DNA of 64,000 nucleotides, from contig OZ281494.1 of assembly GCA_965637545.1 (NCBI GenBank), positions 15,252,001-15,316,000 of the forward strand, in the 5' to 3' direction. The DNA comes from Phallusia mammillata. Its lineage: Eukaryota. Shown one piece after another: positions 1 to 12,400 of this stretch. The translations under genes and the position numbers were made by a program. The notes beneath the pieces were generated by a model. That model was not told the origin of the DNA. It saw only the letters and a program-made list of their open reading frames with translations, and did no database searches. Positions within the stretch are counted from its first letter, which is position 1, and each line of letters opens with the position of its first letter.

Positions 1-25
1 CCAAAGCTCTTGTTTGTGTTGCTAG

Positions 26-1520
26 GTTAATGCAAGCTGCACTAGACACAGCCTTTCCATACGTACATGATAGAAAACAGTTTGGACAAAAGATTGGTGA
101 ATTTCAGGTATGATGTTTCATGAAATTCTTACTCTAGACAACATACATTTCATTAAATCAGTGCTTATCAACCTTTTTCGAAATGGAATACCCATTTAAC
201 GTTTATTTAAAAGTTGTACACCCCCAAAAACTGTAAACTTGTCATAAACTTTTTAATGCAAAAAAAATGACTAAAGAGGAAAGGAAATATTAAAATATGA
301 TGTCACAAATAGAATATAGTAATTCACAATCCATATACTTGAGATACAGTTGTACCATGTATACTACACTCCAGTCATTCTGGTCTAAAACATAAACCTG
401 CATAATGTAATACCTAGTCATAGGTGTATTATATTATTGTTTATGGTACACCCCAGTACACCCCATAAAAGTGGTACAGCCTTCAAAAACTATGGGTGTA
501 CGATACACCCGGTTGAAAAGCCCTGCTCTAGACAACACACTTTGTAAGTGCAAGATTATTTGGTTAGTTAAGGTGTGTCATAAAGATAAGGACCAATGAT
601 TAGTTGGCTTAACGTTCACATGGGAAACTGGATACTCTTTGCATGTTAAAATCAAGGACCAACTTTTTTTTAAAGCTTATTCAAGGCAAGATGGCAGACA
701 TGTACACAACCTTGAGCGCATGTCGGTCGTACATGTACACTGTAGCACGTGCATGTGACAGGGGGTACTTTAACAACAGGGATTGTGCTGGAGTAATCTT
801 GTATGCTGCTGAAGCTGCTACTAAGGTGGCTATGGATGGCATACAACTGCTTGGTAAGTAAAATAGGAACACCATCATTTGTACCACACTAGGAATAAGG
901 TCCAAGTTCACATGATTTACAAGGTTGTGTTTCCCTGAGCTTAAGTGACATTGCTCCAACCAGGTTGTTCCTGATGGGTTGAACCCAATTGAAGTCACCA
1001 AGTCGAAAAAATTAATTAATAAATGATTCAATGTACTTTATAAAACAGGCGGACTAATTGTTGGCACAACGCATTCAGGCGTTGTCCCCCACTGAGGAAA
1101 ACATGGAACAAACAGTTATCATTGAGGACTGTTTAGCCTTGATGCTGCTCTACTTGTGCACAAACGATATTGTTTTAGCTTCACTGGTTCAAAAACGTTG
1201 GTTATTTGTGTTTTCCCAGACTTAATTATGAAACAATATGGGCAATTTGAGTTCACGTTTTAGGAAAAAAGGGTGTCTTTGACTGAGATATCTTGTGTGA
1301 AAAATAGAACTGTTTTTAGTGCGGACTCAACATATTTCATAGGGAATTAACTAGTCCTTTTGCTACAGTGTTTGCTTTACTTTTAGGCGGAAATGGTTAC
1401 ATTAACGATTACCCTACTGGAAGGTTTATGAGAGACGCAAAACTGTACGAGATAGGAGCAGGCACAAGCGAGGTCCGTCGATGGCTGATCGGTCGCACGT
1501 TTAATGAGCTCTTCAAATAA
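26..1520 (+). CDS. IVD: Isovaleryl-CoA dehydrogenase, last three coding exons (5' part lies outside the window)
   Basis: Exons 26-107, 676-853 and 1387-1520 are bounded by AG/GT and phase-compatible. Translation [37 protein letters not shown]...[54 protein letters not shown] is the acyl-CoA dehydrogenase C-terminus of IVD type. An AATAAA follows near 1755. Confidence 0.93.
159..525. mobile_element. hAT-like MITE in an IVD intron
   Basis: Imperfect TIRs CAGTGCTTATCAACC (159) and GGTTGAAAAGCCCTG (511-525), 13/15 match. Repeated internal GTACACCC motifs. Right flank is CTCTAGAC, an NTCTAGAN-type hAT target; the same 8-mer lies at 132-139 but does not abut the left TIR. Confidence 0.6.
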
Positions 1521-3418
1521 ACCAATCAGCTTCAAGATAGTCATCATTCCACGAAACGCAATTGTCACTAAGTTTGACGCGTAATTAACTGGTCCAGGGC
1601 CCAAAGACGTTCGATTCTGTAAAGATTTTAATATTTATGCTATCGTGATGTGTATGACAAACAAAGCTCATTGAAATGTGATTTGCTTTTGTTGTGAATT
1701 GATCAACGGGTACAAGAAATCTATTTGATGTTTTTGACGAATAGTAGGCACAACAATAAATGCAAAAAATACAACAGCTTTCATTTTCTTGGGTGTATTT
1801 CGCACGAAAACGACTTAAACGAAAGAGGAGAAAATGAAACTTAATCGAAACGGCGACCACGAGACACTAAAAGCGGCCTGTAGTTGCAGTGGAGTTAGTA
1901 GCGACACAGACGCTGGCGAATTGAACCTCGGGACAGTTTAATAGATGTTCATAGTATGTGGCACAAAGGGCAGCAGAGTAGGATAGGGATAGCGTGGTAG
2001 AAAAACATACTGTCGAAGGTTCAAGGGGACTTTAGCGACCGTCATGAACAATTGTCACATAACCATGCGAAATTCTAGTAATTTGAACTGTAGAGCATAA
2101 GCGTTTGGGATATAAAGTCGATGGTTTGGTGTTGTTTTAATTTAAAAACGGTACATTTACAGGAGGGCTAAAATGTTCAAGAGGTTTTAACCTGGAAACA
2201 TTAGTTTCAATCATCAAATACATCCGTGCTTCGCAACATTATGTCACAATTCTTGGTTTTTCATTTTTCTTTTGCAATTACATGTCCCGCCGCGCGACCT
2301 GATACGAACGCCTGGTCAGTGCCGTAAAAATACACCTTGTAACGTCGACAACAAACCAGCACCTTTGGGCTTGTGCAACAAGAGGCTGCGCCCCAATGAC
2401 ATTCAATACTGCAATACGGGCTCCATTACCTCGTTTATATTGTGTACTATTGAGTGGGCCCTGGCAAAGCAGGACAATGTTATAGGTAGAACATCGGAGC
2501 AAACACTTTAATCTTGTACCACTTGAGGTGCGCCAGATTATTAGCACTTATGCGCCGCTCGCCGTGTACTACGCTTATCAAAAGCGGTACCCATGATATG
2601 CGCATGTATTTATACGTACTATTACTTTAAAGTACTAATAGGCATCTTGATGTAACATCAGATATCGTTATACACACAGCAGTCTAGGACACATTATAAA
2701 AGCGACTGTGTGAAGCTATTCAGTGCTTCCGATATGAATGCCTATAGTTCCGCTAATGGTATCTTTCCGTTAGCAATTTACCAAACAGTGCTGCTGCGTA
2801 TAAAATGTTGCAAGGGTTACACCAGGATGCCTAACATGAGACAATATATATATATATTAGCAAGTATTAGTCAATAACAAAGAGCGAAATTGGTAGTCTA
2901 ACTTTTGAACTCAACGGTGGTCGTTGTACAATCGAAAGGGGTTAAAACGGCCGCTGGCTGCGACTTGGCAAAGAAACTAGCAGGCATGAAACTTTTAGGC
3001 GATCGCGCGAAAACAGAGAAACTCTAAGGGTTTAAAACGCGCTGGCAATTTAGTCGGTAAAACACGAAGTGAAAGGACATAAATATATCTCTCCGGAGAG
3101 CGAGTCTTGCAAAACTGCCCAACTTTGTCCAGATCCAAATGGTCTTTGGTCTTGAAAAATGGTGCAGCTTTCAGGCACTGCTACATTTACATTGGACTTA
3201 AGTTTCAACCAACAAAGTTTAGTTTCAACCAGAGGAGTTGCTTCCAAGTTTGGAGCGACCAGTCGATCCCCACGTGACCAAACATAAGCAAAGCGATGAC
3301 GTCACAATGTGCGCGCGCGACCCGTAAATTGAAGATTAACTTGCAAGAGCGATGAGGTAAAAACACTGAAGCTCCGACTGCACAGCCAGTAATCGACTGA
3401 CGTCATCATTGCGTTTTG

Positions 3419-6400
3419 CTAGTGGCGACCGGGCAGGGCGCTGTTGGGACTACTCGATCGCTGCGGCACTGAGCTTTCGTGGCGCCCGCCGCAGCAATGG
3501 CACCACACGCCACACTTGTGGCAAGACTTAAGGAGCGGATAGAGGCATAAGCACGGCACGAATATTGAAATTAGGCCGAGCAAAAGCCAATGAATCCACC
3601 GAGATCCCCTTGTGCACGGCTGGTCGGGAAGGTCTATTTGTGTGTCTGGCAAGCACCGTTTCAGAGTGCTACCCGCGCACGAAATACAGCTCACATGGTT
3701 TATGCAGACCTCGTATGCATCCTCAGGCGCAGCTGTACAAGAGCCTGGTCTGTTTTTATCGTGGTTAAACATTGTCTGGCAGTAGCGGCACTTTGAACGT
3801 TCGCCAAGGTCTTCCTTATGCTTGCCTTTACGTTTCTCCTCGCACCCCGCTTTGTTTATAATCGACGACTGGCGTAAGTTTTTTTGGTGTTCCGTGTAAC
3901 TAAACGTGGGGCTTTTTTGGTAAAGCAGGCTCTTCCCGCCGTGGTGTTCCGGCGATTGTCCGTCGAAACTCTTTTCCGTGTTGAAAAAATAATCTCCTCC
4001 ACTGTAATAAGGCACCGATCGCGACGGCGTGCTGTACCGATAGCCCGGATATTTAACGGTGTGCTCATCCGATGAGCGTTTTCGGTGGGATCCTGTCGGT
4101 TTTGACGACGTTATTTGGACATACGAGTTCGGTTTGGTCGGCTGTAAGTCTCTCTGTCGCTCAAGGTGGTCGAGATTCGGCGTTTTCGTTCGCCGCGCGC
4201 GGGCGCCAGAGTCTTGCCTGTGTCGCGATCTGTGTCGACGCGAGGGGGTCACAGCACGACGACCGTTGGAAATCACGTCGTTTGACGGATGAGTCGACTT
4301 CTCAGGGTCCTAAAGCGTTGTAAAGTATGTGAAAAGAATTCTTAACTGGGTTTACAGTAGATTTAGCTAATCGAGATTGCTTATCATCCAGTCGAATATT
4401 TGCAAGCCGATCACGTTATTTCTTACCTTTTTCAATTCGTCGCTAATATCTACTTGCGGGAAAGTAAACGACTGCGTAGGAGCGGGAGCCGGTGGCCGCT
4501 GCGGAGGCTCCGTCACGGGTGGTTGCGTCGGACCAACCACGTGAGATGACGTAGAAGGGGTCCGGTGCGCGCGACCAGGGACCGACGAAGAGTGGCGTCG
4601 CGCAGGTCGGGATGACGGGGCTGATGACGTCGTGGTATGTTGCCATGACGAAGCGGAGAGAGTCTGCTGTCGGTATTGCTGAACGGGCAGAGTTGATAGC
4701 GACCGACAACAGTGGGGCTTTGCAGGATGACGTGATGAGCTTGACGAGGTCGAAGTGTGTGATGACGTCGACTGCTTTTTGAATCGCGCCGATTGTTCGT
4801 CGCCTTTGTCGCTGGCTGAGGTAGGGAGTGGAGATCCACCAGGAGAGGTCTGTGTGAACAAAGATGGTTATTTATTGTGTGTTGTACATTATTATGGTAC
4901 AAATTCAGTTTCATTTTATTTTGTTGGTTGTCATAATGTTACCAGCTTTTTCGTTTATGTTGTCAAAAAGGAAAAGGAAAACCGAGATAAAAACAAATCA
5001 GGTCAGTAAGATCAACAGTACATGCAAGGCGCGTGTAAAGACAAAAGCAAAACAAGAGTGTTAACCCTGGAAGGTAACGACTACATTGACATGAATTGGG
5101 ACGTTTTTTTTCTCCAAAAAATGACATTATTTTTAACTGACACACATGTCTGATTTCATTTTGAGAAACTACTCAATAGTCACAGTAAATTTACGATGAT
5201 TAAACGTCTGGACATTGGATATTTGTAGCGTGCACCAATAGTAGCATTATGCAAACATCGGTTTTACACCTGTTTGTTTGGCAAGAACATGACTAAATAT
5301 ACGAACAATCAACTTACCGATAGCGGATCATCGGACGCTGTGCTGCTTCCACAGCTTAGGTTCGAAGCAGCCACTGAAAAGTAATGGACTTGATTTAGAA
5401 CGCTGCTGGAGTGAATGACAATGCGAAGATACCATTGCCATGAGTGATTTTTTTCGACGTAATGTCAAAACTCTCAGGCAGTGCATTTTTGTATCAAGTA
5501 AAATAACAAGCACTACATATACTATAGTGGTTCTTGAACTTTTGGTTCTTGTATATTGTTTTGTGTCACAAGATTCGGAAATTGGAAAGCCGCATATACA
5601 GATCAACTACCGAAAATGACATCAAAAAATATTTTTTGCACAGCTTACAAAAACGAAAATCCCCGTGTATGAATACAAGCAGCTGTGAACAATAGCCTCG
5701 CCACATGTCGAAAATGCCACAACACTAAAAAAGGTCAAATCGGTTTGCCGCAAAACCAAAAGAGCGACCTTGTGCGATAAAATTCCGCGGCCTCGGTTCA
5801 CATCCGACCGTAATCAAAACGCGAAGCTCAAGTCGGGAACAACAACAACAAGTTCAAGAAAACCCACTAGTTTGCCAACGGTGCTGTGAATGAGCAAAGT
5901 TGGAACAGCGAGGATATGAAACACCAATGACCTTTTCGTGTACTCCAAGGGTCCATGTGAACGATGTCAAACAGCCAGTTCCCAATGCCAAATAGGGAAA
6001 GCAAGAAGCGATGACACGTCGGCTGGCAGTATTGGAGGTAGTGGAAAGCAATCAAGCAATTTGGCCAATTATGCGGCTGATGAAGGACACCTCTTACAGG
6101 AATTTGAATCACTCGTAGCGTGTCCCTTGAGAGTGGACATCGATTATAGACATTACGACGATGCTTGTGCGCACACGATGTTTACGCAGTGGATGCGATG
6201 TCCTTACATTTCCCGACGATGTACTTGAAGTCAGTATACCGGCGTTTAACCCCGAACTTTCTTCATGCAAAGCAGGAAATGGCAGTTGCGGTTCATTAGC
6301 GGTAACAATCCGTATTAGGGAAAGCTTTGCAGCGACACACGGTCAAATTTGGTGGAGGGCTACTCATGCATCAACCAACTAACTCTGAATATATCATTCG

Positions 6401-9400
6401 TATGTAAATTTCTACAGAATATGAAGAATGACAATTTTCGCAGGCTCTCGAACGAGTTTTGTGCAAATAACCGTGACAAAAACGAAACCAGCGCAATCAG
6501 TGGTTTACCATATTTACATCTAAATGGGAACACAGACTATTTTGCAACTTTTTGAGATTCCTAAATATCTCGCCTTGACTGCACAAATGTCCCTTGCAAA
6601 TGGATACCGTATTAATGTTTTATGGCAAAATGTATTTGAAACAGATTTTGAGCTTTGGGAAATAGAAGCCCATGCGAGGTCTGTGGCATATGCGAACCAA
6701 ACCCGAATCGATGCGAGCATACGAGTGTGTGGTCTGCCTCGCATACCAGCGGATTGTCGGGCGGATGTGGCTCAAGCAAAACATCTCCCGTAGCCAGAGC
6801 GAGATTAACGAACAGTGGTCGAAAAAAGGGCGCCCAGGCAAGAAAGAAAGCTCGGAAAAAGATAATAAAAGAGAATAAATAGGCTGTCGGGCATCGGCGA
6901 CGAATATAACCGGGCCCCGGAAAATGTGTTTTTGGTTCGGTGGCGTTATTCGCCGTTTCCTGTTTACATGTCGGTGCGCTGTCATCGCTAATCAATTCGA
7001 TGCGATCCACGGATACGTCGGCATCCGGTTTCGGCGCCGAACACGGGCCGATGACGCAGTGGACCCACCCGAGGCGTCCTTCGCGCTTCGGCAGAATTTG
7101 GAGACAGAGATGTTTCACTTAAGGCTAAGTCCAAGATCGTTCTATTTCCAAATGTTCTTTGAAATATGAAATAACATAGACTCACGAATTTCAACAATAT
7201 TTTTGCGGTTTGTGAAATATGCTACGAACGGATTTGACCAAAAATTGTACAGAAGAGGAATTGGAAGTTAAAGATCATGTAATTGTAAAATATCGCCAAT
7301 GCAGTTTTCGCCCTTTTAGTAAAATATCCAACTTACTCTCAACAAAACATTAACCAACATGGTACACGCTCAACGCAACCTCGAAAAATCTTTTTGCAAA
7401 CGGGTCGCGCAAAAATAACACCCAACAATGCCGTTCATAGTTGAGCGCTTCTAATCAGTAATGCGTGACGATTGAGGAATTTTACGCGACATTTTGCGCT
7501 TAACCTTACCGCGGGCGATTTAGCTGCTGTAAGCGGGCCTTAAGCGTGCGACTTGTCACCGAAAATCGGATCTTGCCAATTACGGTTTGGTTAACCAACT
7601 TAACCCACACGCAGATGGGAAGACTTAAAATGCAAAATAGGCAAAATTTGAGTCAAAGAAACAGTTTAAAAACAAGAATGACATTTGTCTGCTTGGCAAA
7701 GAGATTTTATTAACAGGTTAAATATGTCAAATATACACTTAATACAAAAGTTGCAAAAAGCCACGTGAAATTCAAATGATATATCGATCTTTGCCTGATA
7801 AAGCCAAAACAAAGCAGGAAGAAACTCTTTGCACATATTTCAGCCTCTAGTGGGGCATTGTCAGTCTTTATAAGCATCACAAACACGCCGGTAAATGTCC
7901 ATATTGACCTTGATTAACCAGTAAAATTTATATCAAGCTAGTGCTTCCCATATACACGCTTTACGTCACCCGGTTTTTAGGTAACATATACGCGACGCAT
8001 AAACATTATTACACGAATTCAGCTGCCTGGACAGGATGCGAAGTCGTAGCAGGAGTAAGTACACACGAACCAGGCGATGGGGGTCGCAATCAGGGAAGGC
8101 GTGATCGGAAACTAAGCGTCCGTCGGTAGGAAGGGTTTGACGCCGGGCTACACGGTAAAATGAAGTAGAAGAATTTGTACAAGGGTTGTTACGGACACGA
8201 CTGGAGCTGTAACTGTTTCTGAGTTTTCAAAACAAGTTTTTAAATGAGGAAATAACTTGTGAATAACTGCTGAAACAATTGAGGCATTTTGGGTGGTGTT
8301 TTTTACCCGTTTCTCATGTTCCATCTGAAGTTTACACTTCGCTCAATTCAAAGGCTTTGCAGCTTTATCGTAAGGTTTTTAAAGCACATTTCGCTTTACG
8401 TAAATGCTTGGAACGTTGTTTCGATTTGACATAGCGTATATTTCATATTGGTAAAAGAATACAGTGTTCCAGAAGTCATTTCACGAGACAAAACGATAGG
8501 AGCTGTAGTACAAACACCATTCCAGTGAGCATTAGTCAAAACAAGCACCCCCAATAAAGGCTTGTAATACGAAACACGAAAAGAGTTTTCCTTTTCTGAG
8601 TCCGACGGGCTTGGGCTACTCGGAAAATGTCTCTGACGAGAAACCACATCCCTTTCATGCGTCCGCTCTGCTTTAAATGATTCATAGCGAACGGATGCGA
8701 CTCGTCCTGTGCGATGTCGTGGCGAAACTGCCGACCGACAACACCCCATTGGAGATACATGTGACTTCAATATGTCAGAAAAAGGTGTTTTTTTCGGATA
8801 AAAAAATTCAAGTTTGGTTTAAAATAGATCTGATAATTTTGGTAGGTTTTTTTAATTAAACGATATGTACCAATTGGTTATGTGAGAAAATTTAGCGAGC
8901 TCATGTAATTTTAATCGAGGATATAGCGAAACAAATTACAGATCCGTTCTGAAAATTTGAATATTAGACAGTAGTCGTACATCATTTCTGCTTTGACATT
9001 AATAGAAAGCGGGATCGCAGCAATGCAATGTAATAAGTAATCTATCTAGAGGAGACCGCACCGGCGCTGGTAAAAGTAATAAACGACAACGGGAACAATG
9101 GCGACCACACGATCTCGTTGAATAGGCTTGAGCGCGGATGATGAATGACGCAAACGGCTACGTAACGTCGCGACTTTTTGTTCGTAGAAAGTGAAAAAAT
9201 CGCCATATGTAAACACTAACAGGTATGACGACTGGGTTTATCTCAAACAAAACCAGTAGTAGTCTCTGTTTGTGGCAAATAAAAAAAAATGCCAATGTTT
9301 TTTTCCAAACACTTTATCGCTTTTGTACAGTATTTTTTGTCAAAGTTTCCACCCAGTGTGTAATACGCTTGTGTAATACGCAAATTCCAGCGGACATATT

Positions 9401-12400
9401 TTCAGGTCAGGTGAGGTTAACATCGACAAGCACTTCGAAAAAATATCAGTGTTAAAGCAAGGCATATGTTGGCCAGCTCAAGGCAGCCCCTCGCTTGCAG
9501 CCAATGCAAAGCAAACGCGAACTCGACAAGCCTTGAATGGGCGAGGAAATGGACATTTCCTAACGTATCAATGCACCACTGGCTCAGAAGTGAAGTGAGG
9601 ATGTTACATCATGGTTTATCGGGACGTTGCACCCTAACAGTGAGTAAAGTTGCGCAACTCTAAGCTCTGTCACTCTCTTGCTCTTGCTCAACAGCACTCT
9701 AGGAGCACAGCGAGGTAAGAGAATAGCTGCCATTAATGTCTTCAGTTGCTAAATTCAATAAGCGCCGCGGATGTGGTTGGTTTCCATTTTGCGCAATGGA
9801 ATCCATTTAAGGATGCAAAGAGCAGTTACGCTTCATATTTGATTGAGAGGTGTCTCTTGCAAAGTGTTTTTTTACCAGAAGCTAATAAACTGACAAATAT
9901 TTTGTTTAATACTGGAATCGCCCACACAAACGTTGACCAGAATTAAATTGTGGATAAAAAACAAGTCGAGCAAATTTCCTCCAGTTTGTCAAAAAATAAT
10001 CAAATTGAATACCGCTAAACTATATCCAAGCATTCATGTACATTTAAAAATTCAAAATTCATTCATGTACATTGTCACTTAATGCGGTACTAATTCGAAA
10101 CGAAACAAAAATCCTTTAAAGTTTATTTCTATTCCAAACTTGTCAGTCAGCATGGCCAGGGGCAGGATAAAATAGCATGGGTAACCCACCTTTGTCGAGG
10201 TTCTCAAGGGCAACACGAATCCCTCGGTCAAAGGAGCGGGCGTCAGCAGTCCCGTTGAAAGCGAGTCCCATTCGCTGACTGCCAATCATCCAATGGTGAA
10301 AGATGGCGTTGGCTTTTGTGAAAGGCATGTGGTATGGAATGAGCGAATCCAGTGTTATCTGCGCAAGTCAAAACATGTTGATTTTAGTTATAGATCGTAG
10401 GAATAACAAACATCAAGAAAGCAAAAGCGCCTTAACGGGGGTAAATCGATTTTAAGGTATTGAGGAAGATTTGTTTAACAAAGATTCCCTGTCACATTTT
10501 AACTCAAATTTTACCAACAAATGCAAAAAATTTGCTGGTTAACAGTCTGATAAGCAAGAAAAAAAAATAACAGCAAGCACCAGGTATATTGCCCTAAAAA
10601 ATGTCGGGTAGTTCGCTTTTTCATTGCAAATTATAAGAGCAAAGTTATATCAATCAACGTACTTGAGCATGGAAACTAAACCGAATTAAACATGGAAACA
10701 TTTTTCAAATTTATGTTTTTTCTTTTTGTACTGTTCTCAGAAATTAATGTACAGTTTGGTCGAAATTCATTATTCCTGTACAGCAGGTTTGTGCGGTTAC
10801 CACCTTAATGACAAAATCGTGTTTACAATTTAGTTGAGGTTTTCATCAGGGAAATCAATGGTAAGTTAGCTGCAGATTATGCACACTGTTTCAATATTTT
10901 AGCTCTCTAGTGTAGCTGGTGACAAGACATAGGTCCAGCAAGGATTTTGCATTCGAATGCATTTGTTTCTATAATTTTTCTTAAATCAACGTAAAACACG
11001 CTTAAAACAGAAACTAACAGCAAAGGCTAGTATCGTTTGCAGCAACTGGAAATTCGTCAGCAATTTCCAGGCAGCAATGCACGATTGTGGATTTCACAAT
11101 ACGCGTGCTTCTTTCAGTTTTCGGCGAATCGGAGACAACAACACCAGCGTCGAATATTTAAAAGTGATGGCCTTGTATAACCCAAGTGAAACAGACATAG
11201 TGTAACATTTTAATGGAAACTTACAGGAAAGACAAAGCCCGCTTCACAATGCAATAAACGAGTACAACATGAGTTTTGAAGCGCTATCTACGTCAGCTCA
11301 CTGTGTCTCATAAAGTTAAACGGGCACGTTGGAATTCACCGTACACAAAACGCGCACTAAGATTTTTTAAATTTTGAACACAGTTTAGGCATATAGAGAA
11401 CAGCTGGTTTCAGCGATCGGCCGTTAAGGGCTAGCGTAGCCTCCTTAGTCCTTACCATACTGCTTTGTTGTTAGTGTTAGGCAGAAAAAGGACATGCCTC
11501 ATCAACCCGTTTGATGCCACAACTGGGCATAAACCAGGCCTTACTATTACAATAAACTTGTGTTTTATACCATGTTGGCAAAAACGTAACCAATCCAAAC
11601 CTAAACGAAAGTTTTTTTTTCTAGTATAACATATTTATGGACACCACGCAGCGCCATACATTTTCCTCGACTAGAATTGGATACAGAAAGCAAGACTGTC
11701 AATCAAAACGACAACTTCATTACAGGAGCGATGCCGGCTGTCCTGGAACTTAAAAATAACCGCTCCCTCGGGAAGAAGTTGCTGCCAGGAGGCGAGAAAC
11801 GTTGGAAGTGCGGCAGTCAACTCGGTACGTCGGGCAGCCATGGGGGAGAAAGGCCTAATTGCCTTCCGCCCAAAACACTTCAAGAAGTCTATCGGATCGT
11901 CTGGCCTTCAAATTACGGCGCAAGGAAGGATAATTCGTTTGATAGATCCCTCGGAATTGCGATGACATACAAAAGCAGCGATTAGACAACGCGCTTTTCC
12001 GGGGCTGTCATGTAATCATGTAAATTTAAGAAAAGATTGTCGAACGGGAATATAAAGAGGAATTCCTGAAATGTTTTAGGGACTTAACAACACAAGATCG
12101 CAATTTTCATTTTTTGTAAATCTATGCACTAAAAAATGTGAGCTCTAAAATTTAATGCTTGTGGTGACAGACCTAAAAAGTAAAAACGCAAAACGTTCTA
12201 AAAACTAGGTCCCAGTGGGTATAAGTTTACTTCAAGCTTAAATCCAAAACGCTAAAAATTGCATGTAAATCGCTATCTAACAGACATGGAGTAAAATTAT
12301 TCGGATGCCAAAAGGGCATTATGGCACCTGTTGATGGAAAAATACCGCTTTGCACTATTGGGTTCACAAATTACAAGCACGTTTACAAATTACAAGCACG

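Noticed and set aside
900-980. Possible C/D snoRNA in the IVD intron (ATGATT...CTGA...CTGA)
   Set aside because: Non-canonical C box, no terminal stem and no rRNA-complementary guide recognised.
2010-2032. GTCCCCTTGAACC on the minus strand, resembling part of miR-133
   Set aside because: The seed region does not match and no supporting hairpin was seen.
5938-7118. Protein-looking ORFs on both strands in SPRED intron 3 (5938-6228 +, 6524-6793 +, 6612-7118 -)
   Set aside because: No recognisable domain and no phase-compatible splice sites linking them to SPRED or to each other; treated as chance ORFs in GC-richer DNA.
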